From: Rubrivivax sp.
Lineage (GTDB): Bacteria > Pseudomonadota > Gammaproteobacteria > Burkholderiales > Burkholderiaceae_C
Assembly (NCBI GenBank): GCA_027487905.1
Contig: JAIYCR010000088.1
Span: forward strand, 7,054 to 71,053
DNA: 64,000 nt
Direction: 5' to 3'
In this document: positions 29,831-41,778 of the stretch, piece after piece
Layout of the letters: each line of letters begins with the position of its first letter
How positions within the stretch are numbered: the stretch's first letter is position 1
Position numbers and translations under genes: made by a program
Notes under the pieces: model-generated
What the model was told of the DNA's origin: nothing
Seen by the model: the letters and a program-made list of their open reading frames with translations, nothing else
The model's database searches: none

Positions 29831-31069
29831 TCAATCGAAGGGCGTGCCGCTGCGTGGGCGATCGGCAGCGGGCGATGGGCCGATTCTCCGCCGGGGCGAT
29901 GGCCCTGGCGTCTGCGCGAGCACCCGGCCCAGGTCGGCGAGGCTCGCGAGGTTGTGCACCGGCAGGTGGCGGTCCACATGCGGCAGCAAGGCCCGCACGC
30001 CGGCGGCACGGGGCTCGAAACCGTCGAAGCGCAGCAGCGGGTTGAGCCACACCACCTGGTGGGCACGGCGGTGCAGGCGCTCGGCGGCGTCGCGCAGCGC
30101 GTCGTGCTCGTCGCGGTCCAGCCCGTCGGTGACCAGCAGCACCGCTGCATTGCCCGACAGCAGGCGCCCGGCCCAGTCGCGGTTGAAGCGGTCCAGGCAG
30201 GCGGCGATGCGCGTGCCGCCCTTCCAGTCGGCCACCTGGGCATCGGCCAGCGCCAGTGCGACGTCCGGGTCGCGGTGGCGCAGGCAGCGGGTGATGCAGG
30301 TCAGCCGCGTGCCGAAGGTGAGGGTCTGCACCCGCAGGTGGCGGCGGGTCAGGCCGTGCACGTAGTGCAGGAAGAGCCGGGCGTAGCGCTCCATCGAGCC
30401 GGAGATGTCCAGCAGCACCACCATCGGCGGCCACTGTTCGCGCGGGCGTCGGCGCCGGGGCGTCCACGCACCGGGCTGGCGCGCCATCTGGCGCAAGGTG
30501 GCCCGCAGGTCGATGCTGCCGCGGGCAGCCGCCTCGGTGCGCCGCTGGCGGACGCGCGCGACCGGCGGCGGCAGCTGCTCGGCCATGCGCCGGGCCCAGG
30601 CGAACTCGTCGACCGACATGCTCTCGAAGTCGGCCTTCTGCAGCCGCTCGCGGTCGGAGAAGGTCAGCGCCGCGTCGAAGCGATGCTCCGCGGTGGCGTC
30701 CGGCGGCGGCGGCGGCGGGGCGGCAGGCGTCTTCGGCCGGGGCGGTGCCAGCGCCTCGCTCAGGCGCTGGCTGCGTGGGGGCTGGGCCTTGTCGCCGCGC
30801 CCCCGGATGGTGGGCAGCATCAGGTGCATCAGCCGTTCGAGCAGCTTGGGGTCGCGGAAGAAGGTGTCGAAGGCGGCGTCGAAAAGCACCTGCTGCTCGT
30901 GACGCTCCACCATCACCGCCGACAGCGCCGCGCGCACGTCCTCGCGCCGCTCGACGCCCACGGCCTCGACCGCGGCGATGCCCGCCAGCACCCGGTCGGT
31001 GCCCACGGGCAGGCCGGCGTCCCGCAGGACGCGGCCGAAGTGGGCGATGTTGCCGGCGAGTTGTTCCAT
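29831..31069 (-). CDS. VWA-domain protein, CoxE-like
   Basis: MVVLLDISGSMERY is a MIDAS motif and LLVTDGLD is present. It sits between the MoxR and XdhC genes, as in cox clusters. Confidence 0.85.
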   Translation of the reverse strand: MEQLAGNIAHFGRVLRDAGLPVGTDRVLAGIAAVEAVGVERREDVRAALSAVMVERHEQQVLFDAAFDTFFRDPKLLERLMHLMLPTIRGRGDKAQPPRSQRLSEALAPPRPKTPAAPPPPPPDATAEHRFDAALTFSDRERLQKADFESMSVDEFAWARRMAEQLPPPVARVRQRRTEAAARGSIDLRATLRQMARQPGAWTPRRRRPREQWPPMVVLLDISGSMERYARLFLHYVHGLTRRHLRVQTLTFGTRLTCITRCLRHRDPDVALALADAQVADWKGGTRIAACLDRFNRDWAGRLLSGNAAVLLVTDGLDRDEHDALRDAAERLHRRAHQVVWLNPLLRFDGFEPRAAGVRALLPHVDRHLPVHNLASLADLGRVLAQTPGPSPRRRIGPSPAADRPRSGTPFD

Positions 31070-31147
31070 GAAGAAGGCTTTCGGGCGCTGGCGCTGGAAG
31101 GGGCGGCGCCGCTGTGGCCACGCAAGGCACAGGGCCTGCGCCCCGGC

Positions 31148-32071
31148 TCAGTCGATCAGCGCCCTCGCGCGCAACTCGTCCAGGATCTTCGCGGTGTCGC
31201 CCGACTGCATGCGGGCGATGTCGTCCTGGTGCTTGAGCAGCACGCCCAGCGTGTCCTGCACGCTGGCCGGGTCCAGGCGCATGGCGTCCAGCGCGACCAG
31301 CGCATTCGTCCAGTCGATGGTCTCGGCCACGCCCGGCGCCTTGAAGAGGTCGAGCGTGCGCATGCGGTGGATGAAGGCGACCACCTGGCTGGACAGGCGG
31401 GCCGAGGCCGCCGGCGCCTTCAGTCGGACGATGGCCAGCTCGGTCTCGGCATCCGGGTAGCCCACCCAGTGATAGAGGCAGCGGCGGCGCAGCGCGTCGT
31501 GCACCTCGCGGGTGCGGTTGCTGGTGATGAGCACCAGCGGCGGCGCGGTGGCGCGGATGGCGCCGAGCTCGGGGATGGTCAGCTGCGACTCGGCCAGCAC
31601 TTCTAGCAGGAAGGCATCGAAGGGCTCGTCGGCGCGGTCGAGCTCGTCGATCAGCAGCACCGGCGAGACGGGCTGGGTCAGCGCCTGCAGCAGCGGTCGC
31701 TCGATCAGCAGTTCGCGGCGGTAAAGGCGCCGGGCCATGTCGTCCGGGTCGCCGGCGGTCTGCGCCGCCTCGGCCAGCCGGATCTCAAGCAGCTGGCGGG
31801 CGACGTTCCATTCATAGGCCGTCTGCGCGATGTCCAGGCCCTCGTAGCACTGCAGCCGGATCAGCCGCGTGCCCAGCACGGTGGCCAGCGTCTTGGCCAG
31901 TTCGGTTTTGCCAACGCCCGGCTCGCCTTCGAGGAAGAGCGGCCGACCCAGCCGGATGGCCAGGAAGACGGCCGTGGCCAGCCGGCGGTCGCAGACGTAA
32001 TCGTGTTCGGCCAGCCGCTCGACCACCGCGTCGACGCTGGCGGGCGCGTCGGCGCGGAGGGCCTGGGTCAC
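31148..32071 (-). CDS. MoxR-like AAA+ ATPase, CoxD-like
   Basis: LEGEPGVGKTELAK is Walker A and VLLIDELDRA is Walker B. The only in-frame start is GTG at 32069-32071, which overlaps the CoxM stop (GTGA). Confidence 0.85.
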   Translation of the reverse strand: MTQALRADAPASVDAVVERLAEHDYVCDRRLATAVFLAIRLGRPLFLEGEPGVGKTELAKTLATVLGTRLIRLQCYEGLDIAQTAYEWNVARQLLEIRLAEAAQTAGDPDDMARRLYRRELLIERPLLQALTQPVSPVLLIDELDRADEPFDAFLLEVLAESQLTIPELGAIRATAPPLVLITSNRTREVHDALRRRCLYHWVGYPDAETELAIVRLKAPAASARLSSQVVAFIHRMRTLDLFKAPGVAETIDWTNALVALDAMRLDPASVQDTLGVLLKHQDDIARMQSGDTAKILDELRARALID

Positions 32072-32862
32072 CGGGCGTTGGCGGCAGCCACCGCGCGGGC
32101 GGCCATCACGCTGATCATCGCGGCGCGATAGGCCGAGCTGCCGTGCAGGTCGCTGTTGATGCCGGTGGTGGGCATGCGCACGGCCTTGGCGGCTTCCGGG
32201 GTGAAGCTGGCGGACAGCGCCTGCTCCAGCTCGGTGGCGCGGAACACGGTGCTCTTCGCGCCGGTGACGGCCACGCGAACGCCCGACGGGCCCTGGCTGA
32301 CGAACACGCCCACCAGCGCGAAGCGCGAGGCCGGCTGCTTGTACTTGATGTAGGCCGCGCGCTGAAGCGCCGGGAAGCTCACCGCCTTGACCAGTTCGCC
32401 CGGCTGCAGCGCGGTGGCATAGATGTCGACGAAGAAGTCGTCGGCGGCGATGGTGCGACGGTCGGTGTGCACGGTGGCGCCCAGCCCCAGCAGACCCGCC
32501 GGGTAGCAGGCGGCGGGGTCGGCGTTGGCGATGGAGCCGCCGATCGTGCCGCGGTTGCGGACCATCTGGTCGCCGATGCCGCCGGCCAGTTCGGCCAGCG
32601 CCGGACAGGCCTTGCGGACGTCGGCGGAGCGGGCCACCGAAGCGTGCGTGCACATCGCGCCGACGACGACGTTGCCGCCGTCCAGGCAGATGCCCTGCAG
32701 GTCGGCCACGCCGCCGAGGTCGACGAGTCGCTCGGCGCTGCTCAGGCGCAGGCGCATGGCCTGCACCAGGCTCTGGCCGCCGGCGAGGTAGCGGGCATCG
32801 CCCTGGATGGCCGCCGCGGCGTCGGCCGCACTGGCCGGACGTTGGTAGTCGAAGGTGTACAT
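32068..32862 (-). CDS. Molybdenum hydroxylase FAD-binding medium subunit (CoxM-like)
   Basis: YLAGGQSLVQAMRLR and NRGTIGGSIANADPAA are FAD-binding PCMH-type motifs. 264 aa. Confidence 0.9.
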   Translation of the reverse strand: MYTFDYQRPASAADAAAAIQGDARYLAGGQSLVQAMRLRLSSAERLVDLGGVADLQGICLDGGNVVVGAMCTHASVARSADVRKACPALAELAGGIGDQMVRNRGTIGGSIANADPAACYPAGLLGLGATVHTDRRTIAADDFFVDIYATALQPGELVKAVSFPALQRAAYIKYKQPASRFALVGVFVSQGPSGVRVAVTGAKSTVFRATELEQALSASFTPEAAKAVRMPTTGINSDLHGSSAYRAAMISVMAARAVAAANAR

Positions 32863-32892
32863 GGGGTGCTTCTCCTGTGCGGTGCGGTGCGG

Positions 32893-35250
<2,358 letters not shown>

Positions 35251-35271
35251 GGTCGTTTCCTTGGAGTTCGA

Positions 35272-35757
35272 TCAGGCGACGGCCGAGGCGCTCGTCTTGC
35301 CGCTCTGGCAGAACTGGACGGCCTTGACGATGTTCTGGTAGCCGGTGCAGCGGCAGATGTTGCCCTCCAGGCCTTCGCGGATTTCCTTCTCGGTGGCCGT
35401 GGGGTTGTCGGCCAGCAGCTGGATGCTGGACATCACCATGCCCGGGGTGCAGAAGCCGCATTGCAGGCCGTGGCACTCCCGGAAGGCCGCCTGCATCGGG
35501 TGCATCTGGTCGGGGTTGCCGATGCCTTCGATCGTGGTCACCTTGGCGCCTTGGGCCTGGGCCGCGAGCATCGAGCACGACTTCACCGCGCGCCCGTCGA
35601 TGTGCACCGTGCAGGCGCCGCATTGCGCGGTGTCGCAGCCGATGTGGGTGCCGGTCAGGCCGAGCTGGTCGCGCAGCAGCTGCACCAGCAGCGTGCGGGG
35701 GTCCACCGTGGTGTTCACGGCGCGGTCATTGACGGTCAAGGAAAGCTGAACACTCAC
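35272..35757 (-). CDS. [2Fe-2S]-binding small subunit (CoxS-like)
   Basis: [17 protein letters not shown] and CGFCTPGM...CRCTGY are the two canonical [2Fe-2S] motifs. Confidence 0.95.
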   Translation of the reverse strand: MSVQLSLTVNDRAVNTTVDPRTLLVQLLRDQLGLTGTHIGCDTAQCGACTVHIDGRAVKSCSMLAAQAQGAKVTTIEGIGNPDQMHPMQAAFRECHGLQCGFCTPGMVMSSIQLLADNPTATEKEIREGLEGNICRCTGYQNIVKAVQFCQSGKTSASAVA

Positions 35758-35851
35758 AACGGTCTCCTGCTGAGGGCGGAGGTCGATTGCCTCTGCCTGA
35801 GCCGCCGATTGTTCGGACGCCTTGCGACAGGCGACAGCACAGGCGTTCCCT

Positions 35852-35878
35852 TATGAAGTAGTGTTCATATCTCGAGAT
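35852..35878. promoter_or_regulatory. Two abutting palindromes: TATGAA-gtagtg-TTCATA (35852-35869) and ATCTCGAGAT (35869-35878)
   Basis: They lie in the only AT-rich patch of the 400-bp divergent region between coxS (start 35757) and the ABC operon (start 36157). Candidate operator. Confidence 0.35.
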
Positions 35879-36156
35879 CTCCGTTGGGACCTCTGCGCTG
35901 CACCTGCCTGCGGCGCAGCGTGCCTGAAGCGGCAGGACGCCGCACCCGCCGCGCCGCCGAAGCCGCCGGATGATTCGAAACGGAACACTCCGTGCGCACT
36001 GCCCAGGCCCGCCGGGAGCCGCTAAGGTTGCGGCGCCCCGCGCCCGGGACAACACCCGGGCGATGGGTTCAGGCCGCCCACCACAATCGATCAATCGATC
36101 CAAGCCCCGCGGGTCCTGAGCCCGCACCCCTTGCGCCCGACGCCCCGCACGCCCCC

Positions 36157-36963
36157 ATGAACCCCTCGCCCGCCGTGCCGGTGCTGCAGTGCGACCGCCT
36201 GATCAAGCGCTACGGCCCGCGCACGGCGGTCGATTCGCTCAGCCTGCGCATCGACTCCGGCGTGTTCATGGTGCTGCTCGGGCCGAACGGCGCGGGCAAG
36301 TCCACCCTCTTCCAGATGCTCACCGGCCTGTTCGCGCCCGACGAAGGCGATGCCCGGGTACTGGGCCTGTCGCTGCGGCAGCAGGCGCCCCAGGCGCTGC
36401 GGCACATCGGCGTGGTGTTCCAGCAGAGTTCGCTCGACCTCGACCTGAGCGTGGAGCGCAACCTGCGCTTCCACGCCGACCTGCACGGCCTGCCCCGCCG
36501 CCGCGCGCTCGCCCGGATGGAGGCCACCTGTGCCCAACTGGGCCTGCAGGCCGAACGCCGACGTGCGGTGCGCGAGCTGAGCGGCGGCACGCGCCGCAAG
36601 GTGGAACTGGCCCGGGCGCTGCTGCACGAGCCCAGCCTGCTGCTGATGGACGAGCCCACCGTGGGCCTGGACCCGGCCTCGCGCCGGGACCTGGTGGCCG
36701 CCGTCCGCCGCGAGGGCGCCGAACGCGGTGCTGCGACCCTGTGGGCCACGCACCTGGTGCCCGAGGCCCAGCAAGCCGACCAGGTGCTGGTGCTGCACCA
36801 GGGCCGGCGGCTGGCCGAAGGCCCGCCCGATGCGGTGGCCGACGCGCTGGGCGGCGGCCCGCTGGAGGAGGCCTTCATCCGGGCAACCCAGCCGGTCCGG
36901 CCGGCGCCGCCCGGCACCGATCCACCGCCCCTGCAGGCGCCTGGCGCCGCACCCTCCCGATGA
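36157..36963 (+). CDS. ABC transporter ATP-binding protein, Ped-type (PQQ-dependent-catabolism-associated system)
   Basis: GPNGAGKST, LSGGTRRKVELARAL and LLLMDEPT are present. The context of beta-propeller, binding protein and ABC-2 permease matches the TIGR03864/03866/03863/03861 set as I recall it. Confidence 0.85.
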   Translation: MNPSPAVPVLQCDRLIKRYGPRTAVDSLSLRIDSGVFMVLLGPNGAGKSTLFQMLTGLFAPDEGDARVLGLSLRQQAPQALRHIGVVFQQSSLDLDLSVERNLRFHADLHGLPRRRALARMEATCAQLGLQAERRRAVRELSGGTRRKVELARALLHEPSLLLMDEPTVGLDPASRRDLVAAVRREGAERGAATLWATHLVPEAQQADQVLVLHQGRRLAEGPPDAVADALGGGPLEEAFIRATQPVRPAPPGTDPPPLQAPGAAPSR

Positions 36964-37976
36964 AGCCCATGACCGCCATCCGATTCAATCTCGGCGCCGC
37001 ACTTCGGCTTGCCGCCTGGCCGATCGCACTGCTCGCCCTGCTGCCCCCGGACACGGCCATCGCCCAGCCCACGGGGCTCGTCGTCGTGAGCAGCGAGAAG
37101 GACAACGCGCTCACGCTGGTGGACGCGCGCACGCTGGCGGTGGTGGGCACGGTGCCGACCTGCCGGCGACCGCGCCACCTGCAGTTCACGCCCGACCGCA
37201 AGCGCCTGCTGGTGGCCTGCGGCGACTCCGGCCAGGCCGACCAGATCGACCTGGCCAGCCGGCGCAGCGTCGGTCGCGTGGCCATCGGCCCGGACCCGGA
37301 GATCTTCGACCTGTCGCCCGACGGGCGCACGCTGTGGGTGTCCAACGAGGAGGACGGCGAGCTCAACGCCTTCGACTGGCCGGGTGGCCGCAAGCTGCGC
37401 ACCGTCAAGGTGGGCCTGGAGCCCGAGGGCGTGAAGGTGTCGCCGGACGGCAGCCGGGTGTACGTGAGCTCCGAGGTCGCAAGCCTGGTGCATGTGGTGT
37501 CGGCCGCGGACGGCCGCATCCTGCAGAACATCGCGGTGGGCAAGCGGCCGCGCCGCTTCGCCTTCAACGCCGATGGCAGCGAGCTGTGGGTGAGCAACGA
37601 ACTGGGAGCGAGCGTGAGCATCATCGACACGCGCAGCTTGAAGGTCGTCCACACCCTGCCCTTCGAGATCCGGGGCATGCGCCCGGACGACATCTCCCCG
37701 GTGGACATGGTCCGCTCGCCCGACGGCCGCACGATGTACGTCGGGCTCGGGCGCGCCAACCATGTCGCCTTCGTCGACATCGCCAGCCGCCGCGTTCGCG
37801 AGACGGTGCTGGCCGGCAAGCGCGCCTGGGGCCTGGGCCTGAACCGGGACGGCAGCCGGCTGCATGTGGCCAACGGCCTGAGCGATGACCTGACCATCAT
37901 CGACACCGGCAGCGCGCGCGCACTGCGCAGCGTGCCGGTGGGACGGGTGCCGCATTCGGTGGTGGTCGATGACTGA
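36960..37976 (+). CDS. YVTN-type beta-propeller repeat protein (PQQ-catabolism-associated type), secreted
   Basis: It has a signal peptide and repeated ...SPDGxxLWVSNE / SPDGSRVYVS / NADGSELWVSNE / SPDGRTMYV / NRDGSRLHVANG blades. ATGA overlap at 36960-36963. Confidence 0.8.
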   Translation: MKPMTAIRFNLGAALRLAAWPIALLALLPPDTAIAQPTGLVVVSSEKDNALTLVDARTLAVVGTVPTCRRPRHLQFTPDRKRLLVACGDSGQADQIDLASRRSVGRVAIGPDPEIFDLSPDGRTLWVSNEEDGELNAFDWPGGRKLRTVKVGLEPEGVKVSPDGSRVYVSSEVASLVHVVSAADGRILQNIAVGKRPRRFAFNADGSELWVSNELGASVSIIDTRSLKVVHTLPFEIRGMRPDDISPVDMVRSPDGRTMYVGLGRANHVAFVDIASRRVRETVLAGKRAWGLGLNRDGSRLHVANGLSDDLTIIDTGSARALRSVPVGRVPHSVVVDD

Positions 37977-39276
37977 ACGGCCAGGCGCGCCGGACGCGGC
38001 TCCCTGGCGCGGGCTTGCCCTCGGTGCCTTGAGCCTGGCCGGCGCTGCGCTGCTCGCCACGCCGGCGCTGGCGCAGACCGCCCCTGGCGCGCGCGCGGCC
38101 CCGGCCGCAGCCCCCGGTGCCGCGGCGGCCCCGCCCGGCCCCGCGGTGCTTCGCATCGCACTCATCGTTCTGGCCGACGACGAGCGCCACGACGAGCGGC
38201 GCGGCGAACGGGCCTACCCCGGCCAGCCCGGTGGCCCGCCGGATGCGGCGCTGGCGGTGGCCTTGGAAGAGACCCGCTTCGAGCTGGATGCGGCGCGGCT
38301 GCAGCCGCGCGTGGAGCGGGTGGCGCTGAGCGACGCGGCCCAGCTGCGGCCGGCGCTGGCCCGGCTGGAGCAGGCGGGCACGGCCGCGGTGATGCTGGAC
38401 CTTCCCGCCGCCTGGCTTTCTGCGCTGTGGACCGCCGGCGCGAGCCTGGACACCCGCATGGCGCTGATGAACATCGGTGCGGCCGACGACGCCCTGCGCG
38501 GCGCGGCCTGCCACCCGGCGCTGTTCCACACGCTGCCGTCCGAGCGCATGCGCGCCGATGCGCTGGCCCAGTGGCTGACGGCCAGGCGCTGGAGCCGCGT
38601 GCTGGTGCTGCACGGCGAAGGGCCGCAGGACCTGGCCCGCCTGGCGACGGTGCAGGCCTCGATCAAGCGCTACGGGCTGCAGGCCACGGCGGTGCGCGCC
38701 TTCAGGCTCTCGGCCGACCCGCGCGAGCGCGACCGGGCCAACCCCGCGCTGCTGACCGCGCCGGCCCAGGCCGGCGGCGACTACGACGTCGTCTGGGTGG
38801 TGGACAGCGGCGGCGAGTTCGGGCGGAGCATCGCCTACCGCAGCGCGCTGCCCCGCCCCCTGGTGGGAGACGCCGGCCTCACCGCGCAGGCCTGGGCTTC
38901 GCATTTCGAGCGCTTCGGCGCGCCGCAGCTGTCGCGTCGCTTCGCCCGCGAGGCCCGGCGGGCGATGACCGGCCACGACTGGGCGGCCTGGATGGCGATG
39001 AAGGCGGTCGCACAGGCCGCCGCCAGCCTGCCGCGGCCACCCGGCGGCGAGGCGCTGCGGCGCTCGATGAGCGGACCCGATTTCGTGCTCGACGGCTTCA
39101 AGGGCACGCGCATCGGGTTTCGTCCCTGGGACCGCCAGCTGCGCCAGCCGCTGCTGCTCGGCGACGGGCTGGGCGTGGTGGGCAGCGCCCCGGTGGACGG
39201 CATCCTGCACCCGCGCAACGCGCTGGACACGCTCGGCGCCGATGCGCCCGAGACGGCCTGCAAGGCGGCCTCATGA
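37969..39276 (+). CDS. Periplasmic substrate-binding protein (type-I, Leu/Ile/Val-binding-like) of the Ped-type ABC system
   Basis: It has a signal peptide (ALLATPALAQT). Position and size fit, but the family assignment rests mainly on context. Confidence 0.7.
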   Translation: MTERPGAPDAAPWRGLALGALSLAGAALLATPALAQTAPGARAAPAAAPGAAAAPPGPAVLRIALIVLADDERHDERRGERAYPGQPGGPPDAALAVALEETRFELDAARLQPRVERVALSDAAQLRPALARLEQAGTAAVMLDLPAAWLSALWTAGASLDTRMALMNIGAADDALRGAACHPALFHTLPSERMRADALAQWLTARRWSRVLVLHGEGPQDLARLATVQASIKRYGLQATAVRAFRLSADPRERDRANPALLTAPAQAGGDYDVVWVVDSGGEFGRSIAYRSALPRPLVGDAGLTAQAWASHFERFGAPQLSRRFAREARRAMTGHDWAAWMAMKAVAQAAASLPRPPGGEALRRSMSGPDFVLDGFKGTRIGFRPWDRQLRQPLLLGDGLGVVGSAPVDGILHPRNALDTLGADAPETACKAAS

Positions 39277-40127
39277 CGCCCGCAGCCCTGCCGCCACCTC
39301 GCCGCGGTGCCGCGCTGGCCCTGCAGGCGCTCGGCGGCATCGTCGGGCGGGAGCTCTTCAAGTTCAGCCGCCAGACCGGGCGCCTGGCCTCGGCCGTCGT
39401 GCGGCCGCTGCTGTGGCTGGCGGTGTTCGCGGCGGGCTTTCGCAATGTCTTCGGCGTGGCCATCGTCGAGCCCTACGACACCTACATCCCCTACGACGTC
39501 TACATCGCCCCCGGCCTGGTGGGCATGGTGCTGCTGTTCAACGGCATGCAGTCCAGCCTGGCCATGGTCTATGACCGCGAGATGGGCCTGATGCGCCTGC
39601 TGCTCACCGCGCCCTTGCCGCGCTGGTGGATCCTCTTCAGCAAGCTGGTGGCGGTGGCCACGCTGTCGCTGGCGCAGGCGGGGGTGTTCGTCGGGGTGGC
39701 CGCGCTCATCGGCACGCCGCTGCCGGTGCTGGGCGCGCAGACACCGCACCTGCTGCTGGCCGCGGTGTCCTGCGCGCTCATGCTGGGCGCCATCGGCCTG
39801 CTGCTCAGCGTGCACATCCGCCAGCTGGAGAACTTCGCGGGCACGATGAACTTCGTCATCTTCCCGATGTACTTCCTCTCCACCGCCCTCTACCCGCTGT
39901 GGAAGCTGGAGGAATCAGGCGCGCGCTGGGTGCACCTGGCGGCGCAGTTCAATCCCTTCACCCACGCGGTGGAGTGGATGCGCTTCGCGATGTACGGCAA
40001 GGACCCCGGCGCGGCGCCCGCGGTGGTGCTGCTGACGCTGGCGCTGTGCTTCGCGCTGGCGGCCTGGGGCTACGACCCCCAACGCGGCTTCGGCCCGCTG
40101 GCCCGCCGGGGCGGCGGTCCGCCATGA
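39273..40127 (+). CDS. ABC-2-type permease (PedC-like)
   Basis: 284 aa, six hydrophobic segments, with the ABC-2 signature region NFAGTMNFVIFPMYFLS. ATGA overlap at 39273-39276. Confidence 0.8.
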   Translation: MTPAALPPPRRGAALALQALGGIVGRELFKFSRQTGRLASAVVRPLLWLAVFAAGFRNVFGVAIVEPYDTYIPYDVYIAPGLVGMVLLFNGMQSSLAMVYDREMGLMRLLLTAPLPRWWILFSKLVAVATLSLAQAGVFVGVAALIGTPLPVLGAQTPHLLLAAVSCALMLGAIGLLLSVHIRQLENFAGTMNFVIFPMYFLSTALYPLWKLEESGARWVHLAAQFNPFTHAVEWMRFAMYGKDPGAAPAVVLLTLALCFALAAWGYDPQRGFGPLARRGGGPP

Positions 40128-41149
40128 CGCCCACGCGCCGTTCGGGCGCCGCGCACGGCGGATGCAGCCGCCGCCAGTGGCTGGCCTCCCTGGCGGCGGT
40201 GGCCGCCTTCGGGCCGGCGCGCGCCGTGGTGCAGGCCCAGACGGCGGACGCCTTCCCGCTGCGTCCGGTGACGCTGTGGGTGCCCTGGCCGGCGGGCGGC
40301 TCCACCGACGGCACCTTGCGGGTGCTCGCCGAGCTGGCCGGACGGCAGCTGGGCCAGAAGGTGCTGGTGGAGAACCGGCCCGGCGGTTCGGGCACGCTGG
40401 TGATGCCGGTGCTGCAGCAGGCGGCGCCGGATGGCTACACCATCGCGCAGCTGCCGCAGCCGGTGCTGCGCGCGCCCTGGACGCGGCGCGTCGCCTGGGA
40501 CCCCATCCGCGACACCACGCCCATCCTGCAGCTCACCGGCGTGACCTTCGGCATCGTCGTGCCGGCGTCCAGCCCCATCCAGACCCTGGACGACCTGCTG
40601 CAGCTCATCGCCCGCCAGCCGGGTGAGGTCACCATCGCCACCAACGGCATCGGCACCACGCCGCACCTGGTGATGGACGAGCTGGCCGCGCGGCGCCAGG
40701 CCCGCTACATCCATGTGCCCTACAAGGGCACGGCCGAGCAGATGGTCGCGGTGGCCGCCGGCCAGGTGGTGGCCGGCATCAACAGCACCGGCTTCGCGCC
40801 CTTCGTCGACCAGGGGCGCCTGCGCCTGCTGTGCACCTTCGGCGAGCAGCGCACCCGGCGCTGGCCCGAGGTGCCCACGCTGCGCGAACTGGGCCACGGC
40901 ATCGTGGCGACTTCCCCCTACGGTCTGGTCGGCCCCCGGGGGCTGCCGCCGCGGGTGGTGCAGGTGCTGCACCAGGCCTTCCGCAGTGCCCTGACCGACC
41001 CGGCGCATGTGGCCGAGCTTGCCCGCTACGACCAGGAGGTGGACTACCTCGGCCCGGGCGACTACGCGCTGGCCCTGCGCAGCGCCTTCGAAGCCGAACG
41101 ACGCGCCGTCGAGCGCATGGGTCTGGCGCGGGCGGCGCCGGGCGAGTAG
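40124..41149 (+). CDS. Bug-family (TctC-like) tripartite tricarboxylate transporter substrate-binding protein with Tat-type signal
   Basis: [14 protein letters not shown], then [23 protein letters not shown]...VENRPGGSG is a typical Bug N-terminus. ATGA overlap with the permease at 40124-40127. Confidence 0.9.
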   Translation: MTPTRRSGAAHGGCSRRQWLASLAAVAAFGPARAVVQAQTADAFPLRPVTLWVPWPAGGSTDGTLRVLAELAGRQLGQKVLVENRPGGSGTLVMPVLQQAAPDGYTIAQLPQPVLRAPWTRRVAWDPIRDTTPILQLTGVTFGIVVPASSPIQTLDDLLQLIARQPGEVTIATNGIGTTPHLVMDELAARRQARYIHVPYKGTAEQMVAVAAGQVVAGINSTGFAPFVDQGRLRLLCTFGEQRTRRWPEVPTLRELGHGIVATSPYGLVGPRGLPPRVVQVLHQAFRSALTDPAHVAELARYDQEVDYLGPGDYALALRSAFEAERRAVERMGLARAAPGE

Positions 41150-41270
41150 CGGGCACGCAGACGAACTGTTCGTTTCAGATAGTGACCGTTCAGTCTTCAT
41201 GGTGAACGATTACGTTCATACTGCGTCCGCCGTCGTCCTGGCGGCGCCTCCTCAACCCCAAGGACTGAAG

Positions 41271-41723
41271 ATGAAGAAGTTTCTGATCGCCGCCGCCCTG
41301 ACCGTCGGTGCGTTCGCCGTGCAGGCCAAGGACATCGTCGACACCGCCGTGGGCGCGGGCAACTTCAAGACCCTGGCCACCGCGCTGCAGGCCGCCGGCC
41401 TGGTGGACACGCTCAAGGGCAAGGGCCCGTTCACCGTGTTCGCGCCCACCGACGAGGCCTTCGCCAAGGTGCCCAAGGCCGACCTGGACGCGCTGCTGAA
41501 GGACAAGGCGCGCCTGACGGCGGTGCTCACCTACCACGTCGTGCCGGGCACGGTGATGGCCAAGGACGTCAAGGCCGGCAAGGTCAAGACCGTCCAGGGC
41601 GGCGAGATCACGGTGACCACCTCGGGCGGCGTGATGGTGGACAAGGCGAAGGTCATCAAGACCGACGTGGTGGCCAGCAACGGCGTCATCCACGCCATCG
41701 ACACGGTGCTGATGCCCAAGTGA
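41271..41723 (+). CDS. Fasciclin (FAS1)-domain secreted protein
   Basis: It has a signal peptide, then [44 protein letters not shown]...[13 protein letters not shown]. Confidence 0.9.
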   Translation: MKKFLIAAALTVGAFAVQAKDIVDTAVGAGNFKTLATALQAAGLVDTLKGKGPFTVFAPTDEAFAKVPKADLDALLKDKARLTAVLTYHVVPGTVMAKDVKAGKVKTVQGGEITVTTSGGVMVDKAKVIKTDVVASNGVIHAIDTVLMPK

Positions 41724-41778
41724 GGCCGGGGGCGCCGGCCCGGGCTTCAGGGCCCGGTCTGGCGCCCGGCAGCGCGCT

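Noticed and set aside
35726-36127. 133-aa minus-strand ORF (and the 67-aa plus-strand ORF 35822..36025) inside the cox/ABC divergent region, considered as a possible missing regulator
   Set aside because: The product is Arg/Gly/Cys-rich with no HTH or other motif, and there is no RBS. It spans the AT-rich palindrome patch, which looks regulatory rather than coding.
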